Shown here: one piece after another, positions 28,020-38,965 of the stretch
Layout: each line of letters opens with the position of its first letter
Numbering within the stretch: the stretch's first letter is position 1
Source of the DNA: Balanoglossus misakiensis
Lineage: Eukaryota; Animalia; Hemichordata
DNA length: 64,000 nucleotides
Assembly: GCA_040954595.2 (NCBI GenBank)
Contig: CM082580.2
Span: 1,478,783 to 1,542,782 of the forward strand
Direction: 5' to 3'
The notes under the pieces: generated by a model
The model's database searches: none
Seen by the model: only the letters and a program-made list of their open reading frames with translations
Told to the model about the DNA's origin: nothing
Position numbers and translations under genes: made by a program

Positions 28020-28061
28020 GTGTGTGTGTGTGTGTGTGTGTGTGTCTGTCTGTCTGTCTGT
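28020..28061 (+). repeat. (GT)n(CTGT)n microsatellite in a probable intron of the Academ gene
   Basis: Seen directly. It lies between a donor at ~28200 (AG/GTGAC on the minus strand) and an acceptor near 27240. Confidence 0.9.
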
Positions 28062-29812
28062 TCCAGGGCTGACTGAAAGAAGTTGCTTCTCATATGTGTT
28101 TGTACAGACAATTTTTGGTCAATTTTTGGGCATGTTCCTTGTTAATGTTTTTACATTCCATATTTCTATATCGTAAGATCATATCTGCTTGCAATGTCAC
28201 CTGTAATTTTTATTCTGGTGTGTCACTGTTTCTACATAATCCTCAAATGGGACCACAGTGTCCTTGACGCTATTTTTCGCTGTGTCATCTGAAAATATAT
28301 TAGTTAGCTCCCTGGCGGTATTAAGTGGTGAAAATACATCAGCACCTTCAAGACAATTGATATACAACCTGCAGTTTGACTCATTTATTTTATGTACGCT
28401 AACTGAATTATGGGTTTCATTTTGGAAAGGAAATAACTGATCTTTTAGATTCTTGGCAGCCATAGCTCTATAGGGTAAATAAATTGCTATTCTCTCCATT
28501 AACCCACCTGTAGAAGTATGCAATGCAGCTTTAACATCTTTATTGACACACATTTCATGGGCTTCATCTAGTGCTACATTAACCCAAGTTGAGCCTGACA
28601 AATTGCAAACAAAACCACCTGCTTTGAAATGTAACAACAGAGAGTTTGGCATCTTCAGAAGGTCAGCGAGATGTCTGGGAATTAACCTCAAGTACAGGGA
28701 TCGGTCATATGCATGGAACAGTGGGTTCATTTGTTTCAAAGCCAATATTCGAAGGTTCCAATTTCCTGACCTTATTGCAATGTACAAAGACATGTATGCA
28801 AACAAATCTTCCTCTATAAATCTAACCCAAAATTTGAAAGTTTTGTCTGTATTTGCCCTTCTGCACAGTACGTGAAATATCCCATGATTCATTCTGATTT
28901 GTACAATCATTTACTCAGTCAAACCAGGCAAAGTTAACATGTGTAGAGAGAATTGTACACCACTAATATAAATTTTGAGATCTTACTTTTAAGGTGAATC
29001 TTATTGTCAATTACCATTTCAAATGATTTAGAAAATTATGCATTATTGAGAGAGGAGATACGAATTTTATAAAATAATCAAGCAATTGCATAGCCAGCCA
29101 TACAAAAAAGTTTGGAGTAAAACAGGGTCACTTGTAAAACCTGTTTAATCAAACAAAAAGATATTGATTTTTTCTATTGACAGAACAATGGAAATTTACA
29201 TGTTAACTTTCAACAGAGACTGGCCACCTCAGTTAGTCATTGCTTGTTTCCCCTAAAGTGTGACATTTGCAGTACATTGATACTTTGATTTCTATGGCTT
29301 TTAAATTTTGATTTTGAAATTTACATTCTAATTCCTCAACGTACTTTTCCTAGATAAAAATAAATAGATTTATATGTACTTCATATCATTGTTAGTATCT
29401 AAAACAGAAAAAGTTATTAAATGGGCAACCTTCGATGATACAAATAACGGAGACTTGTGGGTAAAATATCGTACTATGTTCTGTCACAAAAAATCTGAAA
29501 TTCCTCTTGCAAGCCAGTAAGTTGAGCCTTAAGGTCACCATTAATTTTGTCAATATGATCAGCTTTATCTTCAGTACATTCCAAACATTTTGTGACAGCT
29601 TCTAGTAAACATTTTTGGACTGTTTCTGTATCTAAGGGACAGTGCTGGGTATTATGGGTTTCACCCCTCTGATTCAAAAAGGAATTGACAAGACATCTAA
29701 ACATACGTTCCCAAATTTGTGTTGGGAAGCGATGAGTTAGCTTGAAATTTGTACACTGAACTAGGGTTTCCGAAGTTCCCCCTTTATGATTGAACCCTGC
29801 CAGATGTTTTAA

Positions 29813-30608
29813 GATGGGTCCCTAGGATCTTTTTGCTCGTTGCTATGGGCCTTTATAGGACATTACACCCCGATTTGGACTAAGCCGTTTTCAGAGTCTA
29901 ACAAGGGGCTGGTAACTAGTTGAAAATCTGCACGATTGTGAGCGCGCGCCCCCTGACGCCATTGATATGCAAATTAGCTAGGTCAAATTTCAAAAGCCTA
30001 AGGCTTTTTATTCCGTGACCTCAAAAACGAACTTGATACGTATTCATTAGTTGCTTGAACCAGGGAAGATCGTGACGGATTTTGTTTTCGAATATTATCG
30101 TTGTATCCTACGATTTCAGCATACCCGTACCACATCTGAAAAAGTCATCGATTTTGGGTGTTTTTGGACGCACTCTTCCACCGGTATCGCTTCTTAGCAC
30201 GACGAAAACAGAAAAAAACGATCCGTCACACTGTGCGGAAGTACGTTCTCAACAAGCAGGTCAAATTTGACTGGCGTACGTGGCCTATGAAAAAAGCCTT
30301 AGGGATTTTCGTGAACGGTACAAAATCTCTGTGTACAAAACATTGGATTTTTAGCGTTCGATCCAGTTACTGTGGTTACAGGACGCGCACGCTATCGCTG
30401 ACCGCTGCTTTGCCGTATTAGCGTGGCGGCCTATGGCCGGGCGGTAGCTGCCGTAAACATACTCGGACATGGGGTGTGCACACAATCGTGCAGATTTTCA
30501 ACTAGTTACCAGCCCCTTGTTAGACTCTGAAAACGGCTTAGTCCAAATCGGGGTGTAATGTCCTATAAAGGCCCATAGCAACGAGCAAAAAGATCCCAGG
30601 GACCCATC
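29813..30608. mobile_element. 796-bp MITE with ~128-bp TIRs and TTAA target duplication (Kolobok-like)
   Basis: TTAA|GATGGGTCCCTAGGATC...CTGCACGATTGTG (29813-29940) and CACAATCGTGCAG...GGGACCCATC|TTAA (30481-30608). A purine-purine start with TTAA fits Kolobok better than piggyBac (CC start). Confidence 0.92.
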
Positions 30609-31135
30609 TTAAGTCAGCATCCCAGAATATTTTCATGATGACTGGTTGGTAATTTTTTAGAGTATGCCAGTCTCCGATAAAAGGCTGCAACCAGTCTAAA
30701 TCTGCACCATACATGTCTTTTAACTTTATCAGGTGATGGAAAGTTTTCCCATCACCAACCACAACCAGGTATTTTATTCTTACACCAACTCTGAATGTAA
30801 CATATACAGCTTATTGATAATGTTATGGACAGTTTCAATAGAGTCTGCGTGTTCACTTGATATGCCCAAATAAATGACATTTGAGCATTCACTGTCATTA
30901 CTGTTAGCAGTTGTTGCTAATGTTGATTTAAAATCCCCAAATACTGTTTCTATATCAGCTCTGTGCATTGTATTTTTTGTAGAGCAAAAATGAATGCGTC
31001 AGAAAACAGTTCTGACCAAGCAATGGCTTCTTCTTGTTTAATGTCAAAATCTGACAGCGAAATTGATGACTGTGGTTGATGTTGTCTCAGTAGAGGTGGT
31101 TTAATTAAATACTACATCATCATGAACAGTATCAT

Positions 31136-32850
31136 ATGATAAACCTGGGGGTTTTATGTGGGAGCAACAGCCTATAAAATCCCTTGGGGTTTTCTTTGGA
31201 TACGATCGACTGAAATGTCTACTTTTGAAATGGGAAAAGAAAATTGAAAGGCTTAAAAGCGTGCTCAACATCTGGTCACGACGTAAGCTGAGCCTTTATG
31301 GCAAAATTACGGTTTTAAAGTCTTTGGCACTGCCCACAATTTACTACCTTATGCTTAATCTTGGTGCTTTTGAAACGTGGCTCACGAATATCAACCGTCT
31401 TATTTTCAAATTTCTGTGGAATGACAAGCCAGACAAAATCAAAAGGCTCACACTCATTGCCCCTTATGATTGCGGGGGACTAAACATGCCTGACATTTTT
31501 GCCATCCATGACGCCTTTTGTTCATCATGGGTTCGTAGATTATGTGACAATTCCTCTGCCAAATGGAAGGCCTTGCCACTGCATTGGCTCGGGCACTATG
31601 GTCCAGATTTTCTTATTTTTCATTTCAATTTTAGCAACATTTCCTGTTTCCCATTTCTCGAGAGAATTCCCTTTTTCTATAAACAAGTAATTTCAGCTTG
31701 GCATAGTGCAAAAGGTGGTTGCGTCACTTTCTCCAAACTCAGTAATTTAGATGTGCGTAATCAAATTATCTGGGGTAATGTCAACATTTCAGATAATGGT
31801 AAGACTCTTTTTTTCCCTGGTTGGATTCACTCAAATATTATCTATGTCCAGGACATTGTCGATACCAACGGCGATTTTCTTCCACCTACACTGTTGTTAC
31901 AAAAACTCGAGAATAAGTCAAATTGGATAGTTGAATGGATGAAGTTGCGGAATCTTATTCCCAGAGAATGGAAGTCTGTGTTGAAAGGTACTCAGTTGCA
32001 TCAGATGCGTAGAGAAAAGAATTTTCTTCATGTCAATGGAAAAGTTTTTGTTTTACCTAATGATCTGTCTCGCCTTACTTCAAAATTTTTTACAGTATTT
32101 TTGTGCAAAATCGTTTTATTCGTCCATATTGTGAAAATACATGGAATCGTCATTTGACCATGACTACTCCACTACAGTGGAGAACTATATGGGTTAACCA
32201 AACGACTGGATTGTGTTGTGATAGGAAACTTGCTGAATTTAACTTTAAGATTATGCATAACATTTTGCCATGTGGCATCAATCTTTTAAGATGGAAAATT
32301 AGTAAAAATGATCTATGTTGTCTTTGAAATGTAACTGATTCTTATGAGCATCTATTTTTAAAATGTCAACGTTTAGGGGATTTTTGGCAGCGTTTATCTG
32401 CTTTGCTCAGCAAACTTGGCATATGTCAAGAGGTCGACTTAGAAACTATTATTCTTGGTTACAAAACTATGTACAGTCATCCTCTTTATAGATTTGTAAA
32501 CATTGTCATTACTATTGCAAAGTATTGTGTATTCGCTTCATGGGTCCATTTACAACATGATATTAACAGCATTAGAGCAAAAACCAATTTCGATATATTT
32601 TACAGATATCTACAATTTATGCACCAAATACTCAAAAGGAATAATAATCTAGATTTCACCCATTATTGGAAGAAAATCCTTGCTTCCGTCTGAGATGTAA
32701 TTATTTTGTTAAACAAATGTACCTGGTGAATCTCTTTTTATATAGTATTATTTTTTATTTATTTATTTATTTATTTATTTCATCAAAACACGATTTATCT
32801 TTATGATACATGTAAGATTAAATAAATGGAAATAAAAAAAAAAAAAAAAA
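31136..32850 (+). mobile_element. 5'-truncated L1/Tx1-clade LINE with poly(A) tail and 13-14-bp TSD
   Basis: ORF 31156-32157 (IKSLGV, W..RKLSLYGKITVLKSLALP, FLW, GGLNMPD) continues after a frameshift into a zf-RVT-like region (FKIMHNILP, C..C...SYEHLFLKC, with a stop). Poly(A) at 32834-32850; (A)TGAACAGTATCAT flanks both ends (31122-31135 and 32850-32863). Confidence 0.93.
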
Positions 32851-33109
32851 TGAACAGTATCATTGAATTTTTTCTCCGTAAATGTACAGGCTTTACTCAC
32901 AGGTGCACTCAAACCTGTACCAGTATTTTTTGAGATAGATCTGTCAACCATGATTTTAGTATTATTTCCACAAGGAAAATTGGCCAAAATTTTATTCATT
33001 TCAGAGTCTACTGTATTTTGTGAACAAAAGCCACTGTTTAATTCCTGACACCGTTCAAATGAATTCTTTGCATTTTCACTCACCAGACTATCTTTTCTTT
33101 TAATTAACT

Positions 33110-33460
33110 GCCTGTTAAGAAGCAAATCATAATGGCCTGGTTGACCTGGCCTGTCTGGTGTGTACAAGAGACAGACAGGCTCAGTCTTGGAGAACACATC
33201 ACCATCACCTCTTGCAAATATATCATTCTGCTTGGTGTATATATGTCCTTCAAAGTATATATGATTGGCACGCATTATGTCTACTGTATCTGCTCTTAAC
33301 TTGTCTGTGAATATTTTCTCTCGGTCAGCTAAAATTGGGTCAGAAGGGAGTCCATTAAGTAGACGATCACAATTTCGTAATGCAAAATCATTTCTCACAG
33401 AGATGCTCCTGAAAAAGCACCTTCCATCACCATAAATGTTGATTAGCTGAAAATCTTTGA
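33110..33460 (-). other. OTU-like cysteine protease domain embedded in the Academ ORF
   Basis: INIYGDGRCFFRSIS (Cys box), LRADTVDIMRAN helix and LLY...GHYDLLL (His box) within ORF 32775-33716. Confidence 0.75.
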
Positions 33461-35781
33461 CAGTTGAATGTTTGTCATGACTGCCAAAAACAATATCATC
33501 AATACTGTTCAGAATTGACTTTGATTTTGGTTGGACCATTCGATAAGAAGTACCGTGGAAACCTCTGTCCTTTGGATCAGCTCTAACAGCTGCATATTTA
33601 GCTGATTTATCAATATTGTCAATGGAAGTTAAACAAAATGCATTATTTGCAATATTTTCCTCTGTGAAATCAGCTGATGTTCTTTTGTTGATCACTCCCA
33701 ACATGTATCTATGCAATGTATCTCCAGAACAAATAATACCAAATCAATTTAGAATTTTCACTACAGTAGATGACTTACTATAACCTTCAACAATGTCAGC
33801 CAGGTAAGTATGCAATGGGTAAGTACAATGATCAGAACAAATGAACAATAGCATACACACAAAAGAAACGCCTGAGGAATCATGCTCTACTCTCCATAGA
33901 GTGCCGGTCATAAAATCCATAGTTGTGTTTATTCCATACAAAGTTGGAGCTTTTTAATTTATTGCGTTCACTGTTGTTCAACGTTAAATATACAACAGTG
34001 TTCCATAACATAGGGTCAACCTCACTGACAATATATTCAACATCAAGTGTACTCAGATCAACATTGTTTGTTTTGCAGTAATTACTGAATTCTTGAGATT
34101 GCTGATAAATGCTGGCATTTAATTTCACAGCCACCAAATCAAGCATTTTGAAAAAGTCAACGTCAACTTTACTCAAGTCTCTTACTTGCTTTTCAAGCCT
34201 CTCTATCTGTTTCTCAGCTTGCACAACATACTGAGGATGTTCGACAAGTGCATTTTGGAGGGCAATAGTGAGATCTGAACCTGTTCGGTACAAAAAGGTG
34301 GAGAACTTTCTACTCACTTTTGATACAACAGAAAGGTGAATTGGAAAATACACACATAGCAATTCCCGAATAAGCCAGCTATTAGGTTTTCTGTGGAATT
34401 CCACTCGTTGTAACTTGACATTGGGTCGCAAAGTCTGATATTCATTGTCTAAACAATCATTGAAATATTGCCTGACATCAAACAATAGAATGGCATGTTT
34501 TCTGAGGAGCACTTCTCCTAAAAAGACAACAGTTTTCCAGCATGCAAAATTCACCAAGTCGTCGTCACAGCTGCATCCTTTATTGTAGCATTGTGACATA
34601 TTTTTTAATTTCTTCAGCAAGTGCTATATCACTCGACATAATTAAGCCTTGTTGAATACTACACCTGGCTTTTTCCGCTAAAGCAACAAATGTTTTATAA
34701 CATTTCAAACAAATCAGGCTGTCTTGAGTAAGGGCAAATGGTGTGTTAGTTTGTTGGTGAAATGTTTGCACCATTTCAAAATCAGGGATTTTAAACAAAT
34801 TGTTTGCCCGTGATAAGCACGAAGTACACAAGGGATGGCTTTTTCTCATAGCAAGGATGTAGTGACGTTGACACAGTGGAAATGATGAAACATCCTTTAA
34901 AACCTGAGTTGTCTATACTCAATTTTGTACACAGTCCTCCTCGCCTGAAATCAGCTCTATAATGTCGCGTAAAAAATGGCCTATTTTGCGACCCTTCAGC
35001 GGGGCCCACTCTAACAGCTACATGGTTTGAAGTACTTTCCCTCATTAACATATGTTAATGAGTACCGTGCGATCTGACTGTACAGACAGAATAACACACA
35101 TCGAGAGATTAACAGGCAAACACTGGCTGACCCATAAGCGGCCAATGGCATGTGTACTGTACACACAGCAAATGGTCTCTTTAACAGATAGCCAGTTATG
35201 TAAACATGCAGTTACCAATCACTGTTATTATTGACAAATTGCATCCAAGTCCAGACACAGGCTTGAATACAATGTTTAAACAATAACAACATTGCTTACC
35301 CAGCTTCACCGAGCTGAAATGATCGTTGACAACCAGAATAATACTGAATAAAAATTCAAAAATTACAGATACAGGACCTTTCGTTGCCCACATATTATAT
35401 TACCGTGGTCTGTGCGTCGCATTTTAATTGGTCAAGATGAACGACATCACTGACCACAAATACCCAGTAATGGTTTGTTTACATGCCCGTAAATCTGAAT
35501 AGTAATATTAGCAAACAGTTCAGTGAACACAACATTTTGCATAACACAAGTTCCGGGGCCCCAAGTCTTGTGTGTGGGACATTTTCAGAAATATTGACGG
35601 TTTTCTTGAGATTGTTGGTAATGTAATGGAAATAAATGCAGGGCTCGGGCTCTAGCTAAGCTAAAATTAATGGGCTCGGAAGCCTCGCCCATGAATTTTT
35701 GGCTTTCCCCTCGCCCTTGCCCATAAACAAACATTAATGGTCATGGCGTCGTGCATTATTTCTATATTGTGTTGATCTTAC

Positions 35782-35898
35782 CTGTACACTCTCCATTGAC
35801 CAATCAATATTCCACAGCACAAGTGAAATAAAAAGAGCCTGCTGTATTCACACACTGGCCTTCACAAAGATCTGCTCTCTCCATATATTCATTGACAT
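35782..35898 (-). pseudogene. EGF-like exon 2 (DVNEYMERADLCEGQCVNTAGSFYFTCAVEY*LVNGECT)
   Basis: TTTCAG acceptor, GTAAG donor, 117 bp, phase 1-1; two Cys lost and an in-frame TGA. Confidence 0.8.
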
Positions 35899-36219
35899 CT
35901 GAAATCAAAGATAGTTATTATTATTTATTTATTTTATTATTATTTATTTCCTAACAAATGTAATACACATACATCTTCTACAGAAAATAATAAAATTAGA
36001 AAACAAGTGAAAGCTTAAAGGATAAAAAATTACACTTAAAAACCCCAAACAAACAGAAACAGTTCTGAAAGACAATCCCTATAAACCAAAAAAGCAATGG
36101 AATGAAATAGTGCTGAATAAAAAGACGAGTCTTTAAACCCCTTTGAAAACTGTCAATAGATCCAGCATTGTGGATAGAAGGTGCACAAACACTGAATCCT
36201 ATTTAGCCATATGCCTTGT

Positions 36220-36433
36220 CAGTGTTCGAAATTCATAGGAAATATCAAGCAGTCATTGTTTCTTTTAATTGCAATACATGAACCTGGGAAAGTCTAAAAG
36301 ATGCCATGATACCACTAGTCAACTCCCACGCTAAATTCAACCTGTCTGTCGGACTGGTAACATTTTATTTTTACCAGTCCTACAGAAAAACAACCAGTCT
36401 CGGACTGTCGGACAGGCTTTATTTCGTACACTG
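36220..36433. mobile_element. hAT- or P-like MITE with 13-bp TIRs and 7-bp TSD, inserted into an L2-like 3' fragment
   Basis: GCCTTGT|CAGTGTTCGAAAT ... ATTTCGTACACTG|GCCTTGT. The flank at 36115-36215 reads FSVCAP...LKTRLF on the minus strand. Confidence 0.75.
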
Positions 36434-37153
36434 GCCTTGTTAAGTTTTGAAATGCTCATTCATGGTGATGAGTTATCAAGAATATACCCGTTAAAAATTA
36501 CTGTACCCTCAGAGAAGCATTTTGTAATGTCTTTAAAATGAGATGAAAACTATATGAATTTTCTAAGTGTATATTTATTCTTTGCAGAGGTAATTTATTT
36601 AGCTATAGGTTGATAATTTATGCTAATTTCATTAAATTATGCAAATAAGTAGTGAAAATACTTGTACATGAATATATCAGACAGTCTTATAGTATCGTGT
36701 GAGGTTGATGACACATATTCTTAACCACATATTTCTTGATCAATTAATTGTTTTTACACCAAAGTCCTCAATATCCATGGCGATCCCTTTCTAGGAATTT
36801 TAACACTCTCTATCATTCTCATTTTAACAAAATCCCCTGAAACTTGTGTACCCTGTCAGCAAAACTTTGTCTGATTTTTAAAATACAGATTACTTTTTCT
36901 CCCTTGCAAACAAATTTTCAAAGATAAGTTTTCACATTTGTTAATTTGTTTATATTATGCATAATTATAATTGGAAAAATTCTGAGATACAATTTCAACA
37001 AACATGTGTTCAGTACGAGTGTGCGGTTGATTTCAAATTTTAAAATGTGTGCAATGGACAGACAGGATGTGTGTTTAGCTGATTGTAACCGTAGCAATAT
37101 ACAATCCCCAAACAATGTAGCCACAGAAGATATCAATATCCACAGTTACATAC

Positions 37154-37276
37154 CGGCACATGCATGGCCATCCTCCAGCAGATAGAATCCTGGTCTGCAA
37201 GTGCAGAGATAACTACCATGGGTATTCTGACAATAGTGTTGACATGCATATCCACCACTGTGACATTCATTCATAA
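37154..37276 (-). CDS. Intact calcium-binding EGF-like exon 1 (xMNECHSGGYACQHYCQNTHGSYLCTCRPGFYLLEDGHACA)
   Basis: CTCCAG acceptor, GTATGT donor, 123 bp, phase 1-1, all six Cys present. It probably belongs to the surrounding pseudogene. Confidence 0.8.
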
Positions 37277-37524
37277 CTGGAGGGTAAGAAGAAATTAGAA
37301 ATTATTTACAAGCATTGAATTCACTTTAATTCCTTGGATTAAAAATACAGAAAAAATAGCCAACAGCTACTACAGCTAACTTAGCAAAAATGTCGACAAA
37401 ATTTTACAGTGACACTGGCGTACTCTGCCACTGATATGAGGATATAAGAAAGGGAACTGGAATATTTTTTCCTCTGTATAATCAAATTAACAGTAAATGA
37501 CTGCCATGGCAACATAACAGATGT

Positions 37525-37861
37525 TACAGTCAAACCCGTGTTAGGTGCCACCTCTATATAGTGGCTACTCTGTTACAGTCCATATACATTGTGTTAGGTA
37601 TTGGTATTTACTGTTATGTATAAATTTGCAGTGTACGAGGCTGAACGAGTGAGCATGTGCAGTTGGCAATAAAAAAACAACATGGCTGTCTAGTTTGTAC
37701 ACACATGTCCTGTGTCGTCTAATCACTCTGGTATAAGCCCACAATAATATAGCAATATATTACACATTGCACATTAAATGACCTGACTGTAGAGGCCACC
37801 TTTCTATAAAGGCCAGTTAGGAAAGTCCCCTGTCTGGCCAGTATAGACAGGTTTGACTGTA
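37525..37861. mobile_element. Tigger/pogo-like MITE
   Basis: TA-CAGTCAAACCCGTG ... GACAGGTTTGACTG-TA. Confidence 0.7.
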
Positions 37862-37866
37862 CCTAC

Positions 37867-38050
37867 CTCTTTGTGGCTGTGAATCTGTACCTGGCCATCT
37901 CTCCTGTGGCTGTGAGTTGATAGAATTCACAGCAGCAATTGGTGGCATCTTACTGAACTGACTAGCATTTGCCATTTGCATGACACCCTCTGTGGCTTTC
38001 AGTGCAGCAGCTGGTGCCTGCTGGGAAGTCATCTTTGGAGGTGAAGTTGC
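37867..38050 (-). pseudogene. P/Q/A-rich exon (ATSPPKMTSQQAPAAALKATEGVMQMANASQFSKMPPIAAVNSINSQPQERWPGTDSQPQR)
   Basis: TTTTGGACAG acceptor, GTAGGT donor; ends in phase 1, compatible with the next EGF exon. Confidence 0.6.
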
Positions 38051-38476
38051 CTGTCCAAAAAGATTAACAAACCTAGTTAATATGGAGCATTATCAAGGCC
38101 AGTATTCAAAACCCCATTTTTAATTCATGACTGCAATTTTTGATTCGATGTTGAGCTTGCAACTCTCAAAGTCCTATTTTCAACACACATTTGGATGGGA
38201 TTGAGTTTTAGGGCTTATCAACATTAATCACATTAAAAATTGAATTTGATTACTGAGTCTGTGGCATTATCCAAAAAAGTCTTAGCATTTACAGAGTGGG
38301 TTTCTAGCAACCAAAACAGAAGTTTTGAATTTGTTTTGAAACAATAGTCAACTGTAAAGATAATGGTTAGACAAGGCTATGTGAAACAGTCATAAAAAGC
38401 TTTCAATTCACAGGATGGGTAACTAGAAACGGCTATTTTATTATATAATAAAGTAGAAGGTAGACCACAACTGTAC

Positions 38477-38738
38477 CTGGGTGATGAAAATTGTCTCAAT
38501 GGGATAAATGAAACAGTCACATTTGGTTGTTGTGTCCTGTTTGCTGTGACAGCGGATACTGGTTGGTTGGGTAAACTGGTAGGCTGACCAAAAGGCATTG
38601 ATGACCTTTGACCTTGGCCCTGCATCTGGGGCTGACTTGGTTGAGTCAATTACTGTTGAGAGGATGACAGTTGTTGTGGAGACTGACTTCCAATTTGACT
38701 TGGTTGTCCAAGTGACAGATGACTTGTTGGTGCGGCAC
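38477..38738 (-). pseudogene. P/Q/S-rich exon with an in-frame stop
   Basis: TTTTTACTACAG acceptor, GTACAG donor; AAPTSHLSLGQPSQIGSQSPQQLSSSQQ*LTQPSQPQMQGQ... Confidence 0.6.
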
Positions 38739-38771
38739 CTGTAGTAAAAATATTTAGTTGATTTATTTATA

Positions 38772-38965
38772 TACTGTAAAACGGGAAATTTCTGTGACAG
38801 GAAATGTTTGCAATATCAATAGAGACAACTGTTATGCTACACTTAAATTTTGCTTTCTTATATTTCACTAACTGCACCAATATCCCTGAAAAACATTTTT
38901 ACGTGACTTTTAATTTGCATTTTTTGGTTCTCGCGAAGTTCACAATAATTTCCTGTTTGACAGTA
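38772..38965. mobile_element. Tc1/mariner-pogo-type MITE
   Basis: TA-CTGTAAAACGGGAAATT ... AATTTCCTGTTTGACAG-TA. Confidence 0.7.

Larger units (their letters stand above)
25782..35045 (-). pseudogene. Academ transposase/XPG-like nuclease polyprotein, interrupted by frameshifts, stops, introns and TE insertions
   Basis: Collinear ORF pieces: Cys-rich N-terminus; SIDNID...FHGTS; VGDGKTF...IGDWHTLKNYQPVIMKIFWDA; RSGNWNLR...LFHAYDRSLY...VALDEAHEMCVNKDVK; HEEADSRCILHA...SPDTD...LFICTGCDY; LHWKRSCWV..W; GCGCKK..CNSRCCKC...C at ~26100-26210; acidic tail ending at 25782. Confidence 0.85.
24105..35081 (-). mobile_element. Academ-superfamily (AcademX-type) DNA transposon, decayed, with nested insertions
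   Basis: Inverted repeats ACAGTCAGATCGCACGGTGCTCATTTGCATATG (24105-24137) and 35049-35081 match at 30/33 and bracket a fragmented ORF with transposase-like, XPG/FEN1-like and Cys-rich motifs. True termini may lie slightly further out; no clean TSD is seen. Confidence 0.8.

Noticed and set aside
24050-28277. A 4.2-kb TIR element or inversion bounded by the 32-bp inverted motif
   Set aside because: The transposase reads collinearly on the same strand on both sides of 28246-28277, and no TSD is seen.
30082-30421. Short ORFs inside the TTAA MITE
   Set aside because: No recognisable motifs, overlapping frames and non-ATG starts; most likely chance ORFs.
32775-32850. Hydrophobic FFFFFYFHLF C-terminus of the 313-aa ORF as a membrane anchor
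   Set aside because: It is antisense read-through of the LINE poly(A) tail and 3' UTR.
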